From the NCBI GenBank assembly GCA_014860745.1, contig JACZJC010000035.1, forward strand, positions 10,354-74,353: a DNA stretch of 64,000 nt. The letters are read 5' to 3'. The translations under genes were made by a program, and so were the position numbers. Below, piece after piece: positions 54,507 to 63,916 of this stretch. Numbering within the stretch: the stretch's first letter is position 1; the number at the start of each line of letters is the position of its first letter. The DNA comes from Anaerolineales bacterium (lineage in GTDB: Bacteria > Chloroflexota > Anaerolineae > Anaerolineales > Villigracilaceae). The notes beneath the pieces are model-generated. The model ran no database searches. It was given only the letters and a program-made list of their open reading frames with translations, and was not told the DNA's origin.

Positions 54507-55730
54507 CTACGCAGAAAGATTTTTCAACACTATTTCGCACAATTCACGGATCGCTCCATGACCGCCTGTTTTCGTCAACACAAAATCCGCCGCGCGGATA
54601 ACCTCGGGATAGGCATCCGCCACCGCCACAGACCAGCCCGCGATCTCAAAACAGGGCAGGTCGTTGAGGTCATTGCCAATATAAACGACGGTCTCCGCTT
54701 TGACATTTTTCTGCTCGAGGACTTCGCGCATCACCCTGCCTTTGTCCTGCATGCCAATCCCATGCATTGCCTCCACCCCCATCTTTTTCGCGCGCGCCAT
54801 CACAACAGGATTCGGCTCCGAGGAGAGAATCATCACCTCGATGCCTTTCTCGCGCAGGGTTTTGATGTGCATGCTGTCACTGCGTGAAGCGGAGACGGTT
54901 TCCTTGCCGTTCTCATCGGTCAGCACAAGATTATTTGTCACCACGCCGTCGAAATCGCAGATGATCATTTTGATGGCCTCGGGCATGGGGCGGCGGGGAT
55001 TCCCCGGCGAGACCATTTCCAAGCCGCTGTAGACCAGCGCTTCGTACTTCGCCCAATCGGCGAGGGTGTCGATATCCACCGTGTACTTCGGGTCGATCAC
55101 CAGCGGATAGATGACATTGCCGGTCAATGAATTTTTCCGCGTGATGGTGGAAACGCGAATCGCATCGATATGACCCGTCTGCCAGTAGACAGGCGGCAGA
55201 ATCTGGCGCGGCGCGTTATATGGTTCTGGAAGCCCTTCAACCTCAAGCAATGGGTTTAATGGTTTTCCTTCTCCGTTGAAGCGCCACATTTTGAAGGGGT
55301 TTTGCCCGGCAGGCACAACGCCGCGCACACAATCGGCGTCATCGTGGTTTAGAAGTATTCGAATCGCATCATCCACCATCGTCTTCGGGCGGATGGGAGA
55401 GGTGGGCCGTAATTGCACCACAACCTCGGGGTGGTAGCCTTCCATGTCTTCGAGCCATTTAAGAGCGTGTTCAAAGACAGGCAGGTCGGTTGTATGATCC
55501 TGTGCAAGTTCGGAAGGCCGCAGGAAGGGAGTCTCTGCTCCCCATTCTTGAGCAACCGTCATAATCTCCTCATCATCCGTCGAGACAATTATCCGCGTCA
55601 CCAGGCTGGATCGTTTCGCCGCGGCGATGCTCCATGCGATGAGCGGATAACCCGCGAAACTGCGGATATTCTTGTGCGGTATTCCTTTCGAGCCGCCTCG
55701 AGCAGGGATGAGTGCAAGGATTTCAGTCAT
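54507..55730 (-). CDS. neuA: CMP-nonulosonate synthetase fused to a KdsC-like HAD phosphatase
   Basis: IPARGGSKGIP.KN, STDD, LRPTSP, DIDT; C-terminal CDFDGV and GNDLND HAD motifs. Confidence 0.85.
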   Translation of the reverse strand: MTEILALIPARGGSKGIPHKNIRSFAGYPLIAWSIAAAKRSSLVTRIIVSTDDEEIMTVAQEWGAETPFLRPSELAQDHTTDLPVFEHALKWLEDMEGYHPEVVVQLRPTSPIRPKTMVDDAIRILLNHDDADCVRGVVPAGQNPFKMWRFNGEGKPLNPLLEVEGLPEPYNAPRQILPPVYWQTGHIDAIRVSTITRKNSLTGNVIYPLVIDPKYTVDIDTLADWAKYEALVYSGLEMVSPGNPRRPMPEAIKMIICDFDGVVTNNLVLTDENGKETVSASRSDSMHIKTLREKGIEVMILSSEPNPVVMARAKKMGVEAMHGIGMQDKGRVMREVLEQKNVKAETVVYIGNDLNDLPCFEIAGWSVAVADAYPEVIRAADFVLTKTGGHGAIRELCEIVLKNLSA

Positions 55731-55737
55731 AATTGGA

Positions 55738-55786
55738 AATGGACAATGGACGAACGACCATGATCAATGGTCTATCGTCTATGGTC
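55738..55786. repeat. Inverted degenerate heptamer repeat
   Basis: atggacaatggacgaacgaccat...atggtctatcgtctatggtc. Confidence 0.55.
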
Positions 55787-55790
55787 GAAT

Positions 55791-56618
55791 CTACCACGCC
55801 GTCCACCCTCCATCCACAATGACATTATTGCCGGTCATGTAGGAGGATGCGTCGGAGGCGAGGAAGAGCAGGGCTCCGTTCATCTCGTCTTTTTTCGCCA
55901 TACGTCCGAGGATGGTCTTGGCGGAATAATTTTTAACGAAATATTCTTCGTGGTTGTTGAAGACACCGCCGGGTGTGAGCGCGTTCACACGGATCTCCGT
56001 CCCGGCATAATAAGCGGCCAGATATTTGGTAAAACCCATCACGCCGGCTTTGGTCACCGTGTAATAAACGGGTTTGTAGGCCACACGTTTGCCGTCTTTG
56101 ATATAGATCTTCTGGTCGGGGCCGTTCAGCCCATAGGTGGAACAGATGTTGATGATGCTGCCTTTTTTGCCCTGCTCGATCATTTGTTTGACGCAGGCCT
56201 GCGTGGTGAGGAACATCCCGGTCAGGTTGACGTTTAGCGCGGCGTTCCAGTCGCTGAGCGGATAATCTTCGAAAGCGCCGGGGGCGATTCCTTTTGCGGC
56301 GGCATCGGGGTCAAATTTTGGGTCGAGGGCGGCTGAATTGACGAGAATGTCGAGGCGGCCAAACTGCTTGACGGTTTCAGCGGCCAGTTCGCGGGTCGAT
56401 TCGAGGCGGGTGACATCGAGGGGAAAAGCAAGCGCTGAATAACCGAAGTCAGTGAGACGAGAGGCTGTCTTCGAGGCAAGTTCCATATTCAGGTCGGCGG
56501 CAACCACAGCCGCACCGGCTTCGGCGAGCGATTTGCAAAATTCGAATCCCAACTGTCCGCCCCCGCCGGTGACAACGGCAACGCGGTCTTTTAGATTGAA
56601 CTTATCAAGAACGGTCAT
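55791..56618 (-). CDS. SDR family oxidoreductase
   Basis: TGGGGQLG, VNSAA, YTVTKAG (YxxxK), NALTPGG. Confidence 0.9.
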   Translation of the reverse strand: MTVLDKFNLKDRVAVVTGGGGQLGFEFCKSLAEAGAAVVAADLNMELASKTASRLTDFGYSALAFPLDVTRLESTRELAAETVKQFGRLDILVNSAALDPKFDPDAAAKGIAPGAFEDYPLSDWNAALNVNLTGMFLTTQACVKQMIEQGKKGSIINICSTYGLNGPDQKIYIKDGKRVAYKPVYYTVTKAGVMGFTKYLAAYYAGTEIRVNALTPGGVFNNHEEYFVKNYSAKTILGRMAKKDEMNGALLFLASDASSYMTGNNVIVDGGWTAW

Positions 56619-56630
56619 TATTTTCTCCTG

Positions 56631-58190
56631 CTACGGAAAGGCTGTGTAGATTTTATCGCCGCGCGTATCATGAGCAAGATAGAGGCCGTCGGCGAGTTGA
56701 ATATAAATGGATTGGACATCTTCAGACTCGGAGCCGAATTTGAATAAGGCAAGGACAGCGTTTCCCGAAAGGACATCCTGTTTGAGGGCAGCAACGCCCT
56801 CTTCGTATCCTCCACGCTGTAGGCCGGTGACGGGATCCACGAGGTCTGGAAGCACATAGCCGGGACGGTCAGTATAGAGGTAAACGGGGCCAGATTGATT
56901 GCTGTAAATTCGAGTACCTTCGGGAAGCGCGCGCAAAAACGCCATGGCTTCAGAATCGAACCATACAAATGATGCATATCCCTGCCCGCCCTTGCGGAGC
57001 TGGGCAACGGCGAGGGACATATCATAAACGGAAAGCGCAATAACGGATATTGTGATGCCCGCCGCCAACCCCCGCCAGAGAACGGCGCGTTTCTGCCAAA
57101 GCCAAAAAATAAACAAGACGAGCAGGATCAGTAACGAAACGTAGATGGGTGAATTGATGCGCGGCTTGAATTTGGTGCTGGCATCGAACAAGAGCATGGA
57201 AGAAATAATGGAGGCAAAGTAACCGAAAATATATAACGCGCTCGTAAAGGACAGGATCTCCGGCGTTTCGAAAGAAGGTTGAAGGAATTTCTTCAAGCCT
57301 TTGCGGGCAACCCAAATAAGCAAAACCAGCGCAATGGCAGAAAGAATAATGAGGAATAGATTTGGGACTTTGATCAACATCCGCCGCCACGCCTCAACCG
57401 GGACGAGAAATTCGGAAAAATTATAAATTCCGATCTGAATGTTCTCCGCGGTGAGCGGATGATAGACCAGCGTGCGGTTGGTGGCATTATCCGCTGCAAG
57501 TTTGTTGCGGACTGCCCAGGCAGCGATCCACGGCAAGGCGGAGGCGATGAATATCAGCGAGCGGGACAGGCGGGAACGCCATGTTTCGCGCAATAGAATC
57601 AAAGCGACAAGAAATGTAGCAAGCAGGGCCAGCCCTGCATAGCGGGTGAGGTAGGCCATACCCACGAAACAGCCGGTGAGGATCAGCCAGCGTTTACTTT
57701 GGCTTTTAAAGTAATAATCAAAAAGAAGAAATGAAACAAGGCTGAAAAAGATATAAAGCGGCTCGCTCATTGCCGCAGTGTGGATGCGAAACAGCGAAGC
57801 GTTAACTAAAAACAACAAAGCCAGCAGGATGCCGGCCAGCTTTGATTTGGTCATCCGCCAGCCAATGCAGCCGAGTAAAAATATGTTTGCGCCAAAAAGC
57901 AGGGAATTTACAAAGCGTGTTCCGCGTAATGGGTCCAGACCGCTGAAGCCGACGAGTGCAAGGAGTGACGAAAAAGCGGGCGGAAAGTGAGTGACGGGTT
58001 TGTTGGAAGCCAGCCAGATGGCGTGATAGCCATTTCCGTTCAAGAGGCTGCGCGCGCCGGCGATATAGGCGATCGAGTCATCGGAGAGGCCAAGGCCTTG
58101 AGGAGTTGCATCCAGGATGAGAAATGTCCCCAGTCCAGCGAGCAGGCCGAGGATCAAGATTGTGGCGAGAAGCGATTGGCGGGGGGTCAT
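56631..58190 (-). CDS. GT-C-like (ArnT/PMT family) membrane glycosyltransferase
   Basis: SDDSIAY first-loop motif, HFPP, MSEPL, LTRYAG. Confidence 0.7.
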   Translation of the reverse strand: MTPRQSLLATILILGLLAGLGTFLILDATPQGLGLSDDSIAYIAGARSLLNGNGYHAIWLASNKPVTHFPPAFSSLLALVGFSGLDPLRGTRFVNSLLFGANIFLLGCIGWRMTKSKLAGILLALLFLVNASLFRIHTAAMSEPLYIFFSLVSFLLFDYYFKSQSKRWLILTGCFVGMAYLTRYAGLALLATFLVALILLRETWRSRLSRSLIFIASALPWIAAWAVRNKLAADNATNRTLVYHPLTAENIQIGIYNFSEFLVPVEAWRRMLIKVPNLFLIILSAIALVLLIWVARKGLKKFLQPSFETPEILSFTSALYIFGYFASIISSMLLFDASTKFKPRINSPIYVSLLILLVLFIFWLWQKRAVLWRGLAAGITISVIALSVYDMSLAVAQLRKGGQGYASFVWFDSEAMAFLRALPEGTRIYSNQSGPVYLYTDRPGYVLPDLVDPVTGLQRGGYEEGVAALKQDVLSGNAVLALFKFGSESEDVQSIYIQLADGLYLAHDTRGDKIYTAFP

Positions 58191-58198
58191 AAGAAAAG

Positions 58199-58300
58199 TA
58201 TTGTCATTGTGAGCCGCGCACCTCATGGCAGGCGGCGAAGCAATCTCCTCTACTGTGCGGAGATTGCTTCGGTCGAATTTGCTCCCTCGCAATGACAATA
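58199..58300. repeat. GTCATTGCGAG family palindrome, copy 4
   Basis: tattgtcattgtgag...gaagcaatctcc..ggagattgcttc...ctcgcaatgacaata. Confidence 0.85.
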
Positions 58301-58307
58301 ATTCTAA

Positions 58308-60035
58308 CTAATTTACAGGTAAAAGATAGCCCTGCTCTTCGAGGAATTTCACGATGATGTGGGCGTTGTCTTCGGGAGAGGCTCCAAAGCCTTTGAGGGT
58401 GATCTCAGGGTTAATGGGGGGCTCGTAGGGATCATCCACGCCGGTGAAGCCCATGGGTTTCCCGTCCTGCATGGCCTGACGCGCCTTGGCATACAAGCCT
58501 TTCACGTCGCGTTGTTCACATACTTCAACAGGGGTATCCATGTAAATTTCGATGAAATTCTCACCGACCATCTTGCGAGCTTCAGCGCGTGTGGCACGAT
58601 AGGGACTGATGGCCGCGCAGACTGCCGCGCCGCCCGCATGGACAATTTCACCGGCCACAAAACCGATGCGGATGATGTTGGTATCGCGGTCTTCCTTGCT
58701 AAAGCCAAGACCTTTGGAAAGATGCGTGCGGACAACGTCACCATCAAGGATGGCGGTTTCACGTCCGCGCTCGAGGAGTAGGGTGGTGAGCACCTGTGTA
58801 GTGGCCGATTTGCCGGAGCCGCTCAGGCCGGTGAACCAGATGCAAAATCCCTGCTTGTGGCGCGGCGGATACATCTCGCGTAAAATTTCGGCTGTCTCGG
58901 GGCGGGTGAACCATTCGGGGAGAAGCCTGCCCTTGGCAAGATATTCATCGCGGACCTGTGTACCGGAGATATTGGCGGTCTTCGCGCCCTTTGGAACATC
59001 CTTCTCTTCCACATAACGGTCTTCATCGGGAAGATAGACAAGCATCTCGAACGGAACCATCTTGACGCCGATCTCGGCTTCGTACTGCTTCATGATCTCC
59101 TGCGCATCATACGGACCGTAGAACGGCTTGCCCGTGGAATCATTTCCCGGCCCTGCGTGATCCCGGCCGACAACAAAATGATTCGCGCCATGGTTGCGGC
59201 GGATGATGGCATGAAGCACAGCTTCCTTGGGGCCAGCCATGCGCATGGCCAGCGGCAGCAGGCTGAGCATGGTGTTTTTCTTGTCGTAGTAGTTATCGAC
59301 CAATGCTTTGTAAGTACGGACGCGCGTGTAATGATCGACATCACCAGGCTTGGTCATACCCACCACAGGATGAACAATGAGCGAGCCTTTCACCTCGGCG
59401 GCGGCGCGTTTTGTCAATTCTTCATGAATGCGATGGAGTGGGTTGCGGGTCTGGAAAGCAACCACATTGTCATGCCCCATTTCTTCGAGCCTTGCGCGCA
59501 CCTGAGCAGGCGTGAAGCGCAGGTTTACGAAATCATAATACTTGGGCAGGTTCACAACCTTCATTGGCCCTGAAATGCAGACCTTGCCCCAGCGTCCCAT
59601 TTCGGAAACCATGGGGTGTTTTGAATCGGTGGAGCCGTACGCAAGCGTGGCTTCGGTATCGGCGTCCCAATGATAGACCTCTTCGAGAGTCATCACAGCG
59701 ATCAGTTCAAAATTCGCATTGCGCAGCGCCAGCTCCTCGCCGACGGTCGGCAGTTCCTTCGGGTCAGCCGTCAGGGTGATGGGAAGTGGGAAGAGGGTCC
59801 CATCCGCAAGGCGCATTTCTTTCAGCACCCGCTCGTAGTCTGCTTTGCCCATGAATGTCTTCAGGGGCGAAAAACCACCGGTAGCGATCAATTCCAGGTC
59901 GCACAGGTTGCGCATGGTGATCTTAATGGCGGGTAGTTGCCCGGCGCGCGCCAGTAATTCTTCGCGTTCCTTGCCTTCCACAACCAGATTCACCAGCTTT
60001 CCACCGTAGGGTGGGATCAATTTTGCTTTTGCCAT
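58308..60035 (-). CDS. sat: Bifunctional sulfate adenylyltransferase / adenylylsulfate kinase (PAPS synthase)
   Basis: AFQTRNPLHRIH, VGRDHAGPG, then APS kinase WFTGLSGSGKS, LDGDVVR, DVKGLY; GGAG SD before ATG 60035. Confidence 0.95.
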   Translation of the reverse strand: MAKAKLIPPYGGKLVNLVVEGKEREELLARAGQLPAIKITMRNLCDLELIATGGFSPLKTFMGKADYERVLKEMRLADGTLFPLPITLTADPKELPTVGEELALRNANFELIAVMTLEEVYHWDADTEATLAYGSTDSKHPMVSEMGRWGKVCISGPMKVVNLPKYYDFVNLRFTPAQVRARLEEMGHDNVVAFQTRNPLHRIHEELTKRAAAEVKGSLIVHPVVGMTKPGDVDHYTRVRTYKALVDNYYDKKNTMLSLLPLAMRMAGPKEAVLHAIIRRNHGANHFVVGRDHAGPGNDSTGKPFYGPYDAQEIMKQYEAEIGVKMVPFEMLVYLPDEDRYVEEKDVPKGAKTANISGTQVRDEYLAKGRLLPEWFTRPETAEILREMYPPRHKQGFCIWFTGLSGSGKSATTQVLTTLLLERGRETAILDGDVVRTHLSKGLGFSKEDRDTNIIRIGFVAGEIVHAGGAAVCAAISPYRATRAEARKMVGENFIEIYMDTPVEVCEQRDVKGLYAKARQAMQDGKPMGFTGVDDPYEPPINPEITLKGFGASPEDNAHIIVKFLEEQGYLLPVN

Positions 60036-60115
60036 TTCGTTACTCCGTTGAGGGTTAAGACTTTTGAAATTTGCGAGATTTCGAAAATCGGGTTTGACAC
60101 AAGCGCAAATTATAC

Positions 60116-60142
60116 TCCAAAATTCATCGGCTGAATTTTGGA
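60116..60142. terminator. Stem-loop between the GT-C gene and sat
   Basis: tccaaaattca-tcggc-tgaattttgga; immediately followed on the minus strand by TATAAT (60116-60111). Confidence 0.5.
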
Positions 60143-60165
60143 GTATCTCAGCCGCTCGTCCCGCA

Positions 60166-62202
60166 TTATTCGATGCAAAAGAGTTGATTGACTTCCTTTT
60201 CAACAGCTGGGTCGAGCGGCATGGCCGTCAGCGTGTGACAGGCTTGTTGCAGGGCTGGCAGGTCTGAGGTCATATGAGAAGCGATCTCGTTGAGGCGGGC
60301 AATGTCACCCGAAGATGCGTAGGCTTGCAGGAATGGCATCCATTCGATCTGATCCCTTGCAAAATAACCCCGCGAGATGGCTTCTTCTCCCAACCGAAGC
60401 ACTTCATCCCAATCCCCTAATTGGCGGGCATACGAAGCCTTCTCATAAAAATAGCACCACTCCTTTGGCGGCTCGGAACCAAAGGGAATTTCGGGCGGAA
60501 CCTGGAAGGGAACGTTCAACGAGATTTGGTCCGCCTCGGAAAAAGGCGCAATGGCGGAAATGCGCGAATCTTCGAACGAGGATAATTCAATCTGATGCAG
60601 GTCGATCACTTGAACGCATGAGAAGTGGCGCGGCTGGGAAAGAATTAAAATATTGCGGTAATTTGGATAGGTGCGAATACTACGGCGGTTGGAATAATCC
60701 TGCGGCTCGCGCGCCAGCACTTTTTCGACGGTTTCCTCGTTCAACACCAATGCATACAGTGCGGGCTGCACATATTTTTCATGATCTGATTCAGGATGAT
60801 AAATCAGGTTGGCGGGTCCCCATGTAAAATAATCTTCTTCGACCGCCACCAGATACCGCGTAATAAATGTTGCACCCGGCCCGATCTGGGGAATGCGCCA
60901 GCTCACCTGCCACCAAAAATTTCGCGTGGCCTCGGTCTCGCTGGCTTTCACAAATCCGTTGGCATAATGAGTCAGCGATGCGGAAACGATCAGGATCCCA
61001 AAAAGAATATTTCGCAGCCGCAGGCTGGAAATAAAACTCAACAACAGCGGCCATAACATCGCCGCGCCCACGGATGCGATCAACGTGTATCTCGAATAAT
61101 TTTTGAAATCGACGCTGCGCCCGACTAAAATGACAGGAAGCAGCCCAACGATGATCGCTCCCAAGCCGACCCATAGCGCCTCCCGCCTCCACATGGACCC
61201 GATACCTGATTCTGTTTCCCCGGGCTTTTGGCCAAACCTGGAAAATATCCACAACAAAAGCAGAATAGATAAGGCAATTCCAAAACCCGCCAGCCATTGC
61301 TGGCTGCCAAACCCCCCGCTCGAACGGCGGAACGGTACCCACCAGGCACGGAAAAGCACATCCGTGAAATCATTGAAGAGGGCAGAAGAATATTTGAGAA
61401 TAAAGGTCAGGGGTTCTGCGCGCAGATCGGTCAATTGCAGATCTACGTCCGTTGCGCCCCTCTCGCTTTCGAAATAAAAAAGTCTCCACACCAAAAACAC
61501 GCCGGGAATCAAAGCAGCCGGAAGCGAATATTGAATGAACTTGACGGTCTTCTTCCATAATGTTTCATTCAAACGCAAAGCCAGAAGAAATAAACAAGCG
61601 AAGCGGAAAAATTCAAGGCCGATATACCATTCGATCTGGCTGAGACAAAACCAGCCAAGCAAAATCGAAGCGAGATAAAGCAAGGCTTTGCGCATCCACA
61701 CATTGGATTGAACCGCCAGAAGCGTCAATCCAATGGAAAGCATCCCGCCTGCCAGCCCGGCCATGTGACAAAGATAATCAATCGCATTCGGCTGGGATAA
61801 AAAGCCCGGATAGAGCAAAAACAAAAGCGACATCCAAAGCGTAGTTCGGCGATTCTGCGGCCAGAGCATGCGAAGAATCCACAAAAAGGACAGCCCACCG
61901 ATCAACCGGAACAGGAACGCGCTCAGGTTGTAGTACAACGGATCCGCGCCAAAAAGAGTGTAGGCAGGAATCATCACCAGCGCGCGCAAAGGACGGTCTA
62001 TGGCAAAAATATCCCAGAATACCGAGGAGCCCTTCGCGCCCGCAGAAAACATCAAATACCAGTCATCATTGAAATAGCCGAATTTGGGCACAAATGGCAG
62101 GTATACGAGAGCCGAAACCAGAGAGAGCAGGAGGATCGAAAGTAAAAATTCAAAACGCTTCGTCGTTGCTTCAACTTTCATAACAGGGTTTTCCTCAGCC
62201 AT
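60166..62202 (-). CDS. GT-C-like polytopic membrane protein (paralog of 41852-43891; alternative start 62181)
   Basis: GYFNDDWY, DRP, YPGFLSQPNAIDY, EDYF.WGPANLIY. Confidence 0.72.
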   Translation of the reverse strand: MAEENPVMKVEATTKRFEFLLSILLLSLVSALVYLPFVPKFGYFNDDWYLMFSAGAKGSSVFWDIFAIDRPLRALVMIPAYTLFGADPLYYNLSAFLFRLIGGLSFLWILRMLWPQNRRTTLWMSLLFLLYPGFLSQPNAIDYLCHMAGLAGGMLSIGLTLLAVQSNVWMRKALLYLASILLGWFCLSQIEWYIGLEFFRFACLFLLALRLNETLWKKTVKFIQYSLPAALIPGVFLVWRLFYFESERGATDVDLQLTDLRAEPLTFILKYSSALFNDFTDVLFRAWWVPFRRSSGGFGSQQWLAGFGIALSILLLLWIFSRFGQKPGETESGIGSMWRREALWVGLGAIIVGLLPVILVGRSVDFKNYSRYTLIASVGAAMLWPLLLSFISSLRLRNILFGILIVSASLTHYANGFVKASETEATRNFWWQVSWRIPQIGPGATFITRYLVAVEEDYFTWGPANLIYHPESDHEKYVQPALYALVLNEETVEKVLAREPQDYSNRRSIRTYPNYRNILILSQPRHFSCVQVIDLHQIELSSFEDSRISAIAPFSEADQISLNVPFQVPPEIPFGSEPPKEWCYFYEKASYARQLGDWDEVLRLGEEAISRGYFARDQIEWMPFLQAYASSGDIARLNEIASHMTSDLPALQQACHTLTAMPLDPAVEKEVNQLFCIE

Positions 62203-63916
62203 TCATGAACCAATTTGCGCCGTACAAGTTGATCAATATGCTCAAAATGACAAGCGCTATAAAAGGCCAGGGAGTCTTTTTCCCAAGAGCCACTGACAGC
62301 AATGCGGTCAGAGGCACAAGCGCATCCAGAATATATCGATAACCGAACTGGTCTCTGCCAGTGTTGTGATACAGGATCAGCAAAAGAAAATTGCACAGCA
62401 CAGCCGCCCACGCACCCAAAATCCACCACTTTTTTTCATACCGGCGAAACAGGTATATTAATGGCGGGGTGGTCAGAAAAATGCTCATCCCTGCGCCGGA
62501 CGGAAGAATCGGCCACTGGCCGCCCGATTGGATTTTCGGCAAATACAAGAACATCACCTGAAGGTTTTTAGGGATGTAATATGTGGAAAACAAGCCGTGA
62601 GTTTTCGCGTTTTGGACGATGGCGGGGTCTCCATCGATGGTGATGTATCCAAAATCGAGATAATTATCAAAACGTGCATGGTTATACAGGAGCAATCCCA
62701 ACACAGCGATCAGGATCGGAAGCGCGGATTTTAACGACCAGACAAACATCCCTTTAAGATCGACCGTCCGCCCTTCCTCCTTCATGATCTGCATGGCAAT
62801 CGCAAAAACAAAAGGCCAGGACATCAAACCGTTCGGGCGCGCGCACACCGCCATGCCAATGAAGATTCCAATGAGCCACGGTGACCATGACCGAAGGGAG
62901 GCAAATACAGCCAGGGCTAAAAAGGTGACAGTGAGGATCTGGCTGACAAACCAAAAACGGCCGCTGATGCCCACCCACAGATGCGGGGTTCCAAAGGCAA
63001 ATAGCAAAACCAGCCACAGGATGCTGGTACGCGGCAGTTTGATCCACTGACGGATAACAAGCTGATTCAAAACCAGGAACACAAGCACGGCGTTGACCGC
63101 GCTGAATAACATCGAAAAATCAGCCGTGCTGATATTCCCCCCGCCAACGAGATACGCCATGGGCATCATAAGGACGGCGGCAAGCGGCGGGCTGGGAACG
63201 TACCAATTCCCATTGTAAAAAGTCAGGTCATGGGTATTGTTTTGCGGGGGAGCGCTCAAGTACAGCCTGCCGCGCAAAAACTCGTCGGCAAGCAAATTCC
63301 AGTAGGAATATTTTATTTTGTTCACCCAGCCGATCCATGCCGCAAAATGCTCATAAAAAAAGAAGGTGAACAAAAAGATACCCGCAACCAGCAGGCCTTG
63401 GTCCAGTTTTTGGACGAACACTTCCCCGCGCAGCCGCTCGGCATAAAGCAATCTAAACAAAACGATCAACAGGGAGCTGCACAGGAATAACCATGCAACC
63501 AGATCGAGCAATCGTAAACGGATCGGTTCAAGAAAAACCAACGAAACGGGAATGGGCGGGATGGTGAGCAATAACAGCATCCCTGTTGTCACCATTGAAG
63601 CATAAAGAATCGCAAGGACCAGCGATAACTTCCCGGAAATCAAAAGCCCCAGTTTTTCTTCAAACCGATTCTGCCAACCCCGCCTTTTCCTCGAAAATAT
63701 ATATGTCAATCCGATATTTGCCAATAAAAGGCACAAAAACAAAAATGCCATCACAAAGCGGATGCGCGACAAACCCAGAAAAAACTGCGCTTCCGTTTCC
63801 GACGGCGGATAAACGAAGGTGGCAAATAAAATCACCCCGGCAATTGCCATGGCGGCAAAAAAACTTGTGACGGTTTTCCGCCGATTTTTCAGGGGTATTT
63901 TAAATAATTCAACCAT
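62195..63916 (-). CDS. GT-C-like polytopic membrane protein
   Basis: Y..LA..FL.G.L, DL..Y.G..Y.P.PP pattern, many TM helices, QFGYRY. Confidence 0.7.
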   Translation of the reverse strand: MVELFKIPLKNRRKTVTSFFAAMAIAGVILFATFVYPPSETEAQFFLGLSRIRFVMAFLFLCLLLANIGLTYIFSRKRRGWQNRFEEKLGLLISGKLSLVLAILYASMVTTGMLLLLTIPPIPVSLVFLEPIRLRLLDLVAWLFLCSSLLIVLFRLLYAERLRGEVFVQKLDQGLLVAGIFLFTFFFYEHFAAWIGWVNKIKYSYWNLLADEFLRGRLYLSAPPQNNTHDLTFYNGNWYVPSPPLAAVLMMPMAYLVGGGNISTADFSMLFSAVNAVLVFLVLNQLVIRQWIKLPRTSILWLVLLFAFGTPHLWVGISGRFWFVSQILTVTFLALAVFASLRSWSPWLIGIFIGMAVCARPNGLMSWPFVFAIAMQIMKEEGRTVDLKGMFVWSLKSALPILIAVLGLLLYNHARFDNYLDFGYITIDGDPAIVQNAKTHGLFSTYYIPKNLQVMFLYLPKIQSGGQWPILPSGAGMSIFLTTPPLIYLFRRYEKKWWILGAWAAVLCNFLLLILYHNTGRDQFGYRYILDALVPLTALLSVALGKKTPWPFIALVILSILINLYGANWFMNG

